A stretch of DNA of 64,000 nucleotides. It comes from Albugo candida. Lineage: Eukaryota. This document shows, one piece after another, positions 23,429 to 36,800 of the stretch. The notes beneath the pieces are model-generated. The model searched no databases. It had not been told where the DNA came from and saw only the letters and a list, made by a program, of their open reading frames with translations. The stretch is taken from NCBI GenBank assembly GCA_040437565.1, contig JBDOQK010000022.1, positions 434,001-498,000 on the forward strand, written 5' to 3'. Every line of letters starts with the position of its first letter. The first letter of the stretch is position 1. A program made the translations under genes and the position numbers.

Positions 23429-24972
23429 ATGCTCGTTTTATTTGAGACTGCAGCTGGCCATGCGCTGTTCAAAGTGCAGGATGAATCGAAGCTTGCAAAG
23501 GTCGAGACCATCACCAAGCATTTCGAGACAACTGACCAAGCAAATCAGCTGTAAGTCTACTCTGAACTTCTCGGACTCTACTCACTCCTTTGCATAGTAT
23601 AAAGCTTAAAGGATTTCATGCTTTTAAAGACACAACTCAAGCCGTCGCTGCAGTAGCTGACGTTGTGGATGGAAAAATTGGAAAAGGACTCCGAAAGTTT
23701 CTCAAAAAAAATATTTCCGACGGAATGAAAGAAAAACTCGCTGTTTCTGATAAAGCGTTAGGGTCCATCATCAAAGAAAAGCTCGGTATTCCGTGTGTGT
23801 ATGACGCGTGTGTGTTTGAATTAATGCGAGGAATTCGAACACATATGAATTCCCTAATCGCCGGTTTGGAAGACGACGATCTCAAAAGTATGACATTAGG
23901 ACTGTCACACAGTCTTTCCCGATACAAATTGAAATTTAGTGCCGATAAAGTCGATACAATGATTATTCAGGCAATTGGTCTGTTGGATGAACTCGATAAA
24001 GAAATCAATACGTATTCGATGCGAGTTCGTGAGTGGTTTGGATGGCATTTCCCGGAAATGGGGAAAATTATTACCGACAACTTGCAGTACGCCAAAACTG
24101 TACTGAAAATGGGAATTCGATCGGAAATCAAAAATTTAGATTTTTCAGATATTTTGTCGGAATCCGTGGAAGCGGCTCTTCGCGATGTGTGTGAAATCTC
24201 AATGGGAACTGATATTTCCGAAGAAGATGTTGTCAATATTCGTGCGTTATGCGATCAAGTTATTTCACTAACGGAATATCGAAGTCAGTTGTTTGATTAT
24301 TTGAAAAATCGGATGAATGCGATTGCACCCAATCTGACTGTTATGGTCGGAGAGTTGGTTGGCGCTCGTCTGATTTCACACGCTGGAAGTCTCATGAATT
24401 TGGCCAAACATCCCGCTTCAACGGTTCAGATTCTCGGTGCTGAAAAGGCTTTATTTCGAGCACTTAAAACCAAACATGACACACCAAAATACGGTCTTAT
24501 TTATCACGCATCTTTGATCGGTCAAACAGCACCAAAATTCAAAGGAAAAATCTCAAGAGTGTTAGCGGCAAAAACATCGCTTGCGATTCGTGTGGATGCA
24601 CTCGGAGAAGGTGTGGAGGCTTGCATTGGTTTTGATAATAGAGCCAAAGTAGAAGCCCGTATTCGGCAATTAGATAACGGAATATCGAATACACTCAGTG
24701 GTAAAGGAAAAACCAAGTCGGAGCAGAAAAAGTACCAGAAACCCGAGCATGTGGCGCAATATAACGCCGAAGCAGATATGCAATTGGATTCGAAGAAACG
24801 TAAAGTGGACGAGCTGACTCAAGTGGATGGTGTTTTGGATGGGGATAAGGGTGCGAAAAGCGATAAAAAAGCTAAAAAGAAGAAAGAGGCAACTGTAATG
24901 GAAACGAGTCAAAGCGAAGCGACGGACGAAAAGGATAAGAAGAAAAAGAAAAAAAAGAAGAAAAGTGCGTAG
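23429..24972 (+). CDS. NOP58: Nucleolar protein 58 (box C/D snoRNP), 2 exons
   Basis: MLVLFETAAGHALFK; intron 23551-23597; LGLSHSLSRYKLKFSADKVDTMIIQAI; NOP domain ASTVQILGAEKALFRALKTKHDTPKYGLIYHAS; Lys-rich tail. Confidence 0.95.
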
Positions 24973-25799
24973 ACGTCGTCAATGCGATGGATACGTGTAG
25001 AAACTATACTTTTGACGCTTACGCATACACACTTTCTTTCTCTTTCATTATGAAATAAGATGTACTTTCAGAATGAGTTTTTTTTGTACAAAAAATTGGT
25101 CAACGGTGTGACAGAGCGTGTTGAAAGAGTACCTGTGCACGCGTGTTTCTTTTGAATGTGAAACGTATTGACTGTACAAATGATAGTGAAAGATTGAAGT
25201 ATTCAGACACATTGAAGACGACTGCTGGCGTTAAAGAGAATCCGATTGTGAGAGATCGACAGTACGATTGGTAAGAGGGCGTTGCAAGAGTCGTATGCGT
25301 GCATGAAAACTGTATCGGTACATCTCACTTTTCCAAATGACTGCAGAAGCTCGATTGTTGATAGCTTCTCAGACCGCATGGATACTGCACAGTGCAAAGA
25401 TTGCCGATATAAATACGCATGTCTCTTCTCCGATCTTTCCTCCAACGACTTCAACTCTCATAGTCTGACTGATGGATCACATATAAGACCATACAGATGC
25501 GTCACCCGCACGCGACAGAGTCATCACACGCCATGTAAGTGAATATAACCACTCGTCGGCTTGCAGGCTCAAGGCTGCGTTTCCTGTCACTTGAATTACT
25601 TAAGACTTTTCCCCCTAATGACTTTGATTGTGTTCTTTTGATTGTCACAAATGGAACACACTTTGGGAATTGCATGCTGTAGTCATTTCGTCCACAGATA
25701 TTTCACACAATAGAAAAAAAAAGTTTTCCATTATATCGAATAGAGAGTGATAATATAACGTTTGCTGAGAAAAACAAAAAATGCATTTTGCATCATCCA

Positions 25800-26250
25800 T
25801 CACGTCCGACCACGTCCTCGTCCACGACCGCGTCCTCTGCCCCTTCCTCTACCACTTGCTGACGGTATTCCTGCTTTTACTTTTTCTCGAGGCGTATCGT
25901 CAATCAGTAATACATCCAAATTGAGGGAATCGGGTAATATATAATATCGAATATTGTTTCCGCGTATACTGAGCGTGTCCAAAGTTTGTGGATTCTTTCC
26001 TTTTGCAGTCATTTTGACTGCTTTCAAGTGCGTATTCATACTGATATCCACTCCTGTGAGAAACAATGGATGAGATACGATTTATGAAAAGTTAATATAA
26101 CAAACCTGTGATTGTGCCGTGAACGATGGTCCCGTTTTTGAGCTCAATTGTGACCGTTTCGTTTGATAGCTTCATAAGAAATCTGCATACATTTCATAAC
26201 GTCTTTTGATGCGAATACAGCGCGTTTCCGTCATACCTGACGAGCTTCAT
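25800..26250 (-). CDS. SNRPD1: Small nuclear ribonucleoprotein Sm D1, 3 exons
   Basis: [44 protein letters not shown]...[17 protein letters not shown]...[11 protein letters not shown]. Confidence 0.97.
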
Positions 26251-26739
26251 GTTCGCGATTGCTTCTGTGGTGGGAGTTTTGAATTCAAATGGAGAGTACA
26301 GAGAGCCTTTGTANNNNNNNNNNNNNNNNNNNNNNNNNNNNNNNNNNNNNNNNNNNNNNNNNNNNNNNNNNNNNNNNNNNNNNNNNNNNNNNNNNNNNNN
26401 NNNNNNNNNNNNNGGAGAGTACAGAGAGCCTTTGTAAGATGATAGTCAGAAACAATCATGCATCTGTATTAATTGATACGCCTGTAAAAGGCGATACTTG
26501 TGATGCAGAATGGAAATGATACTATTTGTGTTCAACGTGATATCCGATCGTAGGCTTCCACAACTAGAGGATTATTAATTCTTTTATATAGGGGACGCAA
26601 AACATTTGATTTTGAAGCTGGAGATCTGTAGCAGAAAACGGAATGCATATGTATCGGATAATGCACCTCTTTAATTCAATATCTATGATCTTATACATGC
26701 CTGAAACAGTGTAGTCCACCAAAAATACCATCAGCTTTC

Positions 26740-27428
26740 ATGTTTTCGCTCTTATTGGGTCTCTGGAATCATTTATTTACCAAAGCAGAAGTGCACATTT
26801 TAATCGCAGGTTTAGACGATGCTGGCAAAACTGTACGTACTATCTCAGCTGTTTGCTTCCCTCACACTCAGCCTGTTTGGAACAGACGCTATTGGAGCAA
26901 TTAAAAAGCATTTACGGTCATAAGCCCTGCATTCCACTACATAAAATCCCTCCGACCGTCGGACTCAACAGTAAACAGATTGAATTACACACAAACTCAT
27001 ACCACATTACTATTTCATTTCTAGTCGCTCGTGTAGAACTCGAGCGCACCCAAATTCTCTTTTGGGATTTGGGTGGCCAAGAGCGACTTCGTACTATTTG
27101 GTCCAAGTACTACGGTGACAGTCATGGTATCATATTCGTCATAGACGCTGTCACTGAGCATCGTTTCGACGAAGCCAAACGCACACTTTCGAACATGCTT
27201 ACCAATGAGGAACTCATTCGTGTGCCTGTGATCGTTTTAGCCAACAAAAATGATTGTAAAGACGCACATCCCATCAGTGCGATGGAGGAGCTCTTTCAAA
27301 TACAAAAGCTTACTTCAGCACCAGCAAAACTTGCGTCTGTGTCGGCAATCACAAAAGACGGAATTCAGGCGGCAATCCAATGGATTTTGTATCACGTGAG
27401 GAAAACCGAGCGTTTCCTAACGCAATGA
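26740..27428 (+). CDS. ARFRP1: ADP-ribosylation factor-related protein 1 (Arl3p/ARFRP1), 3 exons
   Basis: MFSLLLGLWNHLFTKAEVHILIAGLDDAGKT|TLLEQLK...KIPPTVGLN|IARV...FWDLGGQERLRTIWSKYY...LANKND. Lacks Gly2 and has an aromatic residue at position 2, typical of ARFRP1. Confidence 0.92.
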
Positions 27429-29753
27429 ATCGATTTTCCCCAAATTTNNNNNNNNNNNNNNNNNNNNNNNNNNNNNNNNNNNNNNNNNNNNNNNNNNNNN
27501 NNNNNNNNNNNNNNNNNNNNNNNNNNNNNNNNNNNNNNNNNNNNNNNAAAGACGCACATCCCATCAGTGCGATGGAGGAGCTCTTTCAAATACAAAAGCT
27601 TACTTCAGCACCAGCAAAACTTGCGTCTGTGTCGGCAATCACAAAAGACGGAATTCAGGCGGCAATCCAATGGATTTTGTATCACGTGAGGAAAACCGAG
27701 CGTTTCCTAACGCAATGAATCGATTTTCCCCAAATTTCATTTTATTTTCCAAATTTCATGGAAAAAGACACCGTATTGCCGCTATTCAATTGCTGCCTTT
27801 CCAACATTTGCGTTATATCGGTCGTAATTTCAACTGAATACTTCGCTTGTTTCCGATTCCAAATATTAAATGTTACCTTATTCAAAAATGCTTTCCTTTC
27901 AGAGGTTTCCTTACGATCATACATGAAATATTTTCGCTTTGCATTGCCTGAGGTCTCTGTTCTCTTTTACCGATTTGACTCGCAATAAAGCAACGTCTTG
28001 TACTGCCGCCGTTGAACATTTGAATCAGAATTCAGTACTCCGGAATCAATATTTTGAATAGCATTACAGCTGGTTCCATCTACAAATATTGAGCGTTGGC
28101 AATTTTCAATTTGATTACTCTTGTTCAATTAGCGTAGTCACAAAAGTTTGAAGTACGTCTTAAGTAATGCCTGTTGACGACATACACTGATGTGATTCTA
28201 CGTCGCGGCCTCTATAGATCATATGATGAGTACCAGAGGAATGCACCGCTGAGGTATAAATACAAAGCGTCGTGAACGAGAAGAATTGCATCAGGTCAGC
28301 ATTTGCTACTTTTCACCGTATTGTTCTATTCTATCTCTGCAANNNNNNNNNNNNNNNNNNNNNNNNNNNNNNNNNNNNNNNNNNNNNNNNNNNNNNNNNN
28401 NNNNNNNNNNNNNNNNNNNNNNNNNNNNNNNNNNNNNNNNNNGCCTCTATAGATCATATGATGAGTACCAGAGGAATGCACCGCTGAGGTATAAATACAA
28501 AGCGTCGTGAACGAGAAGAATTGCATCAGGTCAGCATTTGCTACTTTTCACCGTATTGTTCTATTCTATCTCTGCAACTGTGAGGGGCCAGCATTCAGAC
28601 TCGACCGGATGCGAGGAGAATAATATTTAGAAAGAAGATTGCAATATTTCATTTGTATGAGCGCTATACAATGATCAATCACCAGAAAGCGGAAGCTAGC
28701 AAACACTATAAAGTCCTTTATACACTTACTTGACCGTGTGGTATCTGCACTAAACGCAAGAGCAACTCACTCTGGGTCGTATTTACTTAATCCGAAGAGA
28801 TCGATTTTGATCTTGACGTTTTCCAGGAAAATGGAAAGTATATTTCGATCATGTACGAAACACGTGGTAGTTTTCAGCAAGCTGTGCTGTCGGAGTCGAT
28901 GACTTTTATTGTTCATTGAATTACAGGTACTCACGAAAAGAGCGTGTTCTTTCTCGAGTGGTAGCAATTGAGGTGGCAACAAGCTAGCTATTCCTTTCTT
29001 CGCCTTATGCAACTCATGTTCAAATGATAGCAGAGAAAGCGAATGTGCTTCTTAATATCACATGAGGACGTGTCAAGCAAGATCGAAACGACTACCTGTG
29101 AATGGATTACGGCGGAAGATTTTCATATGGAATGGACCACTGCCACTCTACTTTCGCTAAATTCCATGCTTATTCATGCTTCCAGTTCTCGCATTCAAGT
29201 TTCAGTTAAATTCTCTTGTGTCATTTGAATCTTTGACATGACCTGAGCGAGCATGACTCTATATGTCTATTACGATTCCTGCAGGCGCATAAGTTCGTAT
29301 TTCACAGCTTTGAAGCAAACCTGTTTGCGATAAAGATCAAAGCGTTGGCTCCAACCCTCGTGGTAAGTTCACATCATGTAAAGAGCTAACAAACGATTGG
29401 GAAATGTATCCTGAAATTGATGACACATTACAATAGCATGTCACAAGAATGTTTGTACGCTGATGTATATACGAGTATGAGAGGCTCTAGTGCTTCACAG
29501 AAATGGAGAAAGTCACTGGAAGAAGTGGGAATACTGTAATTTCAGGGAATATGCAAGATACAAATGTTCAACTTCGTCATAGGAGCAAACCACACAGAAA
29601 GGATGTTTTTGGTCAAGTCGATGAAGACTGGAGTAAAATCACACTGCAAAAACCGCCACAGGACCGGGCAAGGAAGGGAATGCATAACAATGATAATGAG
29701 ACAACGCGTAGTCAAAAAGGCTCTCGTTTATTGCCATATGATCAATTATCGTA

Positions 29754-31481
29754 TCATTTACCTTTTATAACACACCACTTCCCAGAAAAGGGAGTCCAAT
29801 CGAGTACTTCTTCACAAAGGTCCAGATCACTTTCCTTTCTTCCAAGGTGTAGTAGCATGTTATCATGGGAGATGGGATGAAGTGAACGGATATCGTGGTT
29901 GAACGTTTTCTTAGTTATCTTCACACATTGAACGTACGGCGATTTTGATTGTGTGTCATCCTCCAACATCCAGATATATTGCGGCTCGGTCGATACGAAA
30001 AAGACACTGTGCGCCCGAGAAAACAAGAGCAAGCATTTCGGATCCTTGTATTTGGCCAACACAAATGTGACCATTGCATCAGCATTGCTATTACGCGTTT
30101 GAGAATTCGACTTACGATTTGCGACGACATTGTCCAACCAGATTCGGTGCTTCTTATCCTCAGAGTAATCCGGCAAGTCATATTCGGGGCCCATATCACT
30201 TGATTTCTTTAAACGTTGCATGCATATAGCATCGGGAATAATTTCAAGCCTTTTGCAGGCATCTTCTGTATTAATGCAATTTGCAACTATACTTTCTCGA
30301 TCGACTTGAATTGTACCCATGATAGCTCTCTTGGATACAATTACTGCGTTTTTGATCTTAGGCTTTATACATTGCTGGCATGATTGAACTTTATAAGAGT
30401 AGGCCAAAAAACATTTGCTGGCATCAGTTGGGCGATCATACGTACCCGGCAAACCCGGCAATATTAGTTTGACGTAAGGTTGCAAATTGAAGCGCAATTG
30501 GTAGCTTGGTAAACACTCTTCCGTAGTAAGCTTTTGAAGAAAGTAAGGGGCTGTTCCATCGGTTTCATACTCAGTTATATCCTTGTTTGTCAAAATCAAT
30601 AGTAAGCCATAGTCGGTCGGCACTTGTCCAAGCTCCAACCAGTGCACGTAAGTAGGTGCGTGATGAAACGATTTTTTGAGATGCTCAAGCATGTTCTTCA
30701 AATGATTCGGATATCAAGTGCCGTATTGGGTGTTATCTTCACACAACTCAAAAACGTTTTCGATTCGTTTGGTCTACTAGGATGTAAGCCACCAGGCTTC
30801 ATCGACTTCTGAGACTTCAAAGCTTGCATGTCGTTGTAAAAATGTTCACATGTACCATCCGGATACTTGCCCGTCTTAGAAAACCTGAAATGCGAAACAT
30901 GCCGCAAGTCTTGGTGATAGTGTCCCTTTTGTCCCGTGATTTCATTACATAAAGGGTATGCAGGCGATCCCCTACTCCAAGAGAAAATTCTCCGAGCCCA
31001 TTGGAATCAGAATATTGTCCCAGACAATTTCTGCATTTATCAGTAGGGTCTACATATAATAGAATGAGACATATCAGATTTTTTTCTTCCTCGTTGCCTC
31101 TTTTTTCCGGTAACGATATTGGTCTCACTTCTGATGGATCAGTCTCGCTCGGTTCGTTCAAAACTTGTTCAGACAAATTGTCCTCAGTTAAATTAAAGTT
31201 TGCACGCGAGCAATAATCTTGTACATTTTGAAATTTTCAAACGCGGAAGCAGTGACTAGCACCTGGACCTCACGGGAACTATCCGATGTGATAGATACTC
31301 TATATACTCCTGCTACATCGAGGAGACAGCGCTGAAAACTTTTGTAAACAGCCACAATCCCCGGTGGAGAACGTTCCTTTGAAGTGACAATGTATCTTCT
31401 TACCATGAGTTTTTGACAGCTTCCATCCAAAAGTCTGGCAAGTATGCACCCGAGAATGCTCAATGGTCGCTGGGCACGCAT
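29754..31481 (-). pseudogene. CCG-like effector pseudogene, family 1 copy A
   Basis: Signal-like MRAQRPLSILGCILARLLDGSC; decayed motif FQRCLLDVAG; later CRNCLGQYSD and CQQCIKP modules. Split by about three frameshifts into ORFs 31188-31481, 30817-31176, 30698-30907 and 29754-30701. Confidence 0.75.
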
Positions 31482-33554
31482 TAGACAATTCGAAAATGTG
31501 CAAATTAGCTTTATTCAAAGACGAGTCATCCATTCATTTTCATGCAACGTTCCAGCTATCGCGGTCCTACTATGTGGTCGTTCTTTTCCCGAAAAGAATG
31601 GTACTTTTTGAGTGGCTGTTTAGTATTGACCAATAAATCGCGTTGTCGAAAGCGTTAGGGATTCTATTTATTGTACAGAATTCTAACGAGTACATGTTCG
31701 ATAATCGATAGGGTCTGCGCAGCTGCTATTCTCAACGCGCTTCTCTTTTTTTATTATGATTGGTCGGAGCAAAATTGTCATGTTGCAGACATCGCCCCTA
31801 ATGTTGCACACTTTCAAATGATTACGCTTTTTGCATTGCGAATAATTTCAAAAGCATTACGCGACGTTCTTATTATGCGTGCGTGCAATACGGAAGCGGT
31901 ACCCAACAAATAGTTTGCTCTCAAAATCTTAAGCGCTAAAGCATATCATATCAATTTCACAAGTGCCTCAGTAATTATGTCGAGCTTCATCCACGGGATT
32001 GTCTACTTTCTACTTTGCGTGTCCAATTTACTTCCTCTATCTGCATCAATGATGTCACAAAGCTTCTACCGGGTCGATACGTACGACAACATACTCTTTG
32101 TAGCAATTAATAGATTTACAGTCGATATAAATGGGCTCTCAACACTCCTTCTCACTCGAGTCTATTTCATTCTGCGCATTTTGCATCCGACTACACCGCA
32201 GCTCAGCCTCGGATTCGCCATATTATGTCCAATCCAAAGACAGCTAAATCAATGTAAAACCAATTATATTTTTTCATAGGAAGAACGTGTCATTGCCGAG
32301 AAGCATTGGACTTTGACGCGTGCGCGAAGATAGAAGCACGCGAATTTGTGTAACTGGAGCTGAATATGGATTCAGTAGATGTTCATAATCTTAGGCTAGA
32401 TTTCTGGTGGTGGTGATACCATACTTTATGATGCGACAATCAAGTTGCGTCCCACAAAAGAGCCGATATTGTAAGTTTGATGAGACTTGGCCTAGCTTGG
32501 CCCATTCTTACTGACGATTAATGAAGCCCATTTTTCTCAGTCGTTGCGAACTTGATCCACAAATTCCTTGAAGTGACACTTCACGGTGACATTTAGCTCA
32601 TATACAAGCATAAGTCATGGTTTCATTCCGATAGTATACGACTACATTGTATTTGCTCTGGTTTTTGTCCCAAAAAATTGTCCCAAGTCAATGATTTGGC
32701 TTGATAAGAAGAGATGAGAACATTTACTGAATAATCGTTTGTTATTTTGAAATGTTGGCTGAAACGCACAATGATCCTGTACGGGTAGTTTCTGATGATT
32801 AACGATCATCATAAAATGGAGAACTTCAAAAGCCTTCGGTCTATCACTTCAGATATCTAAGGAAAATGTTTGACTTGACAAGAGAATACATGAATTATAC
32901 AATGCATATGCTTTGCGATCCTGCCTAGCTTTTAGCAACCGAATCAATTGCCATAGTAGAAGAGAGAGTACTGACTACAACATTTAATCGGAAGGCTGTA
33001 CGACAACTCTATCCAATGGTGGAATTATCTATCACTTCATACGTTGTCTGCATTAATAAATATCCTATGCAGGATTTTATAGTGGCAATACTCGATGCGT
33101 CTTTCCTGATCAGATAGTCACTGGAGACCAGATAAAGGAGTTGCTATACGACAATGCCATCTTCTCCATGCGTCGATTAGTACCAGAGAATCAACACATA
33201 CGTATTGAGTACTGTTTGACATCCACGATCAGGATGAGCATTCTTGAAATGATGATGTAAAACATCGATGTTTTTGACACCAAATAGTCCCTGATTCATG
33301 TCTATATTCCGTCGCTTCATGTCTGACACATCACATCATCCACATCCATCCCAACAAGATACAGAGGTTTTATCTACTTTTATCGTAAGTGTTATGCACA
33401 TCCCTCGATAAAGAATTGCATCATCTTCGCGTCTTTTTAGACGTCCTCTTAAAACTTTGACATTTCGCTAGATTTCAGAGAAGCCAGTCCGAGTTCAGGG
33501 TATGCAAACGCTCTCGCTCAGTCGTGTCACCCCCGAAATTTGAGTACGGCATTA

Positions 33555-33811
33555 TTTTAAAGAAGGGTGTGTTTTTGTCAAGTTACGCTATCGCACGATG
33601 CATGCTGGTAACGGGACAGGATTACCGACGCGCGGCCAGGCGATTTGTAATGTACGACTATACGATTAGTTATGTGTGGTATGGAAAACGGACAAGGTAT
33701 AGTCGAAGAAAGCAGTAGGCTTAGAGTAGCAAGAGAGTTTGCAAACTAAGGACCTAGATATATTTTCAGTATTCAATTTGCCCCCTGCTGAGCACTACGC
33801 ATCTTCTAACA
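33555..33811 (+). repeat. 5' LTR
   Basis: Direct repeat of 38173-38406 with roughly 10% mismatches and a ~23-bp indel; the terminal TG has mutated to TT. Confidence 0.92.
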
Positions 33812-36800
33812 GGATATGAGCCCAACGACTAATTCTAACGGCGCGCCAAGCGCACCAACTCCAGTCAGCTCTGACGCCGTCCACGAAAGGGACACTGCGT
33901 CTCCAGCGGTAGTCCACGAAAGGAGCGATGAAGTCACCACCAGAATACTCGCATCAATCGTCGACCTCCAAGCTCGTATGACGCAGATGGAGGTCTCGCA
34001 GCTGAAACGTGATGAAGATGAACACATGATTGGTGCGATTGAGTCGGGAATGTTTCGCTCTGCACTTTCCAATGGTCGCGGTGGTACACCGATGCACATC
34101 AACTCACTAGGCCACTCACCGATGTGTCCAAGAACTGGACAAGAGCGCACAAGTGTATCCCCAAGGAGCTGCCCGGAACGCGGCGTCGCAGATTCATGAG
34201 CTCCGGATGAAGCTAGAAGCACAGAAAGCAATGAGATTTCCAGACGAGCGTAAAAAAAGATTGACCATCCGGAAATTTGATGGCTCCGGTTTTTTGGATT
34301 GGCGAAGAATATTCATGCGTCAGGTCCAGTACGCTAAAGCGGCATGTGGTTTCGACTGGTCCGAACACGTAAAGACTGACCTGCTTGGCCACTACCTTAG
34401 TGGTACGGCTGAGCGCTACTACAAAAATCAGGTCGAGATATGGTGGTATCAGACACCAACGCTTGCTCACGTTATGGAGCGTTCATCAGACATTCAAGAC
34501 AAGTATCACAGCATCCCAGTCGATGAAGGTTTTTACAGCGAAGAAGGAACCAAATTGAAGCTGGACCAAGAACTAATCTTGCTTGGTGGCGCTGAGCGAT
34601 GCATGTGACGGCGCTGACGCGCAAGTGCTTGAGAACATTGTGCACTATGCGTCGACTGAGCTCACACGGTGCTAATGGCCAAGTACGGCGGAAGTCGTCC
34701 CGACTACCTTGCTTAAGCTGAAGAGCTTGCACATTTCGCGCAGTCTATCGAGTTGGATACGCAAAGTACTTCCTCGTTTGGCAAGGATGTCGTAACACAC
34801 GTTGCTGAAAGCAAGCCACGTGTTGATATGCGCACGTGTTTTGGGTGTGGCAAAGTCGGGTACATCCACTTGGTCTTTCCTGACGAAAGAAAGAAGGCGA
34901 AGAGAAATAATGGCGTCAAGGGGACTTGGAGAAACAATGCCAGGACAAAGGACATTGTTAACTACACTTTGTTCATACAAGAAGCCAAGGCCCAGGACAG
35001 CTTGTGATCTGGACAGTGGATCTAGCAGGCACCTCGTCAATGATGAAGTGCTTCTCGAAGATGCAAGAGATTGTGATGACCAATGCCTGGTCGCCAACAG
35101 AGAAATGCTTCGTCTTACAATTGCCGGAAATGTGGTGATTCACGTGATGGAATGCGGAAAAGCAAGTTTTATACGACTTACAGAACTCTACTACGCACCG
35201 CTACTAGTGCACAAGATCGTGTCGTACGGTAAGCTTGAGCTTAAAGGTTACGGGCTCAAGTATAAGAATAACAGGCGAGCCTTTATCTCCCTCAATACCG
35301 GCTCCGTCGTGTTCGACGTGGCGATGTGCAACAACATCCTCGTCATCGAGACGAAAGAAGAAAGAGCTGACGAAGGGATATTGAAGACGTTCGTTGCCGC
35401 GATTGATGAAGTAAAAAATCAGGAAGTTGATGAAGGTGTGCATCAGGAACGCTCCTGCACCTTCAAAAACGTTTCGGCCATCTATCCTACGACACTATTG
35501 AAAAAATGGCCCGTGAGCCTAGATCTGTAATCCGGCTTACTGATAATGAGCGAGTGACGTGTGTCACATGCGCGCAAGCGAAGCAGTCAAAGAGTGCGCA
35601 GTCAAGAAGGACACAGGCATGCATTCACCGGTTGACCGTGTGGGTGCTCTTATCTGTCCGGATTTCAAAGGACCCATGACACCAAAGGATCGAATGGAAA
35701 ATCGGTACTCGTCAACTTCGCGGATCACAATAGCAATTACTGCTGCGGGTCTCTCGCACGCACCAAGGATCAAGCAGCGGTTACCTTTTAGGATTTCTTG
35801 ATCTGTTTTTGAGAAGCTTTTCAATTTCCAGGTCCACGTTCTGCGAACTAACGGTGGAGGAGAATACAGGAATGTGGATTTACTTTGCAAGCCGGCGTGG
35901 AGAGACAAGTGAGCGAGGCGCGCAACCAAGGAAAAGCCGAGCGCATACACAGAACAGTTGTAAACATGGCGCGCTCAATGATATTTCGCAAGAAACCTCC
36001 CGCTGTATTTCTGGGGTGATGAGGTCAAATACTAGGCGTACATCTTGAATCGCATCCCTACGAGCGCGAACTCCAATCGTGCATCGCCAATCGAAGTATT
36101 GACAAAGCAAGCGCCCGATCTACGCGACATCGTTATATTTGTATCAACATGTACGGCGTAACGTGACCCAGCTAGCTCATCAGGAGCAGTTTGGCACCAT
36201 TTTCGGGCGCAGCGACGAGACCAAGGGATACCGTGTTTATATTCATGAAGACAACGTCGTCATTGTTACACAGCACGTCAAGAATATCCAGACGCTTTTC
36301 AACGTGCAGAATAGAGAGCTCCAACACATTCTAAAGCTAGAGGATGGTAATGGTGATGCTCAAGGTGACTTGCGGATAACTCGAAATCGCTGCGACAATG
36401 ACAAAAATAGGAAGAGCTAGTGGAAGATTAAGCTATGGATGCGTGTCCCTCATGCAAGACGCGCATCAACAAAGAAGGTGAGGCAAGCTATGAGGAGTAA
36501 GACTCATTCTGTAGCCACCGTGCTACAAGCCTTCAAGCCAGACCCGAAGACACACGCTGAAGCGATGCGTAGTTCGAAGGCTGAAGGTTTGTGCAACGCC
36601 ATGCTCAAACTTATCCAAGCTCTTAGGGAAAACAACGTGTGGAATGTGATCAAGCGACCGGCCGATGCAAATTTGATACACAAAAAGTGGGTGTTCCAGA
36701 CGAAGACAGATGCAAACGGCGTGGTAGAAAGACTCAAGGCGCGACTGGTTGCATTTGGGAACGAGCAAGTCTTCGGTGCTGACTACTTGCTTACCTTCGC

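Noticed and set aside
25070-25720. Possible small spliced gene or box C/D snoRNAs between NOP58 and SmD1
   Set aside because: Splice-like signals are present but give no convincing ORF, and I found no paired C/D boxes with a terminal stem.
27258-27737. Apparent tandem duplication of the ARFRP1 3' end, and similar short duplications at the 6715, 20793, 22843, 23259, 26314, 28343, 51186 and 58566 gaps
   Set aside because: Identical or near-identical copies directly flanking exactly 100 Ns; these are scaffolding overlap artefacts.
29503-29880. Plus-strand ORFs (29503-29880, 42593-43212, 55802-56044) at the 3' ends of the CCG paralogs
   Set aside because: Reading frames are not conserved between the three homologous units.
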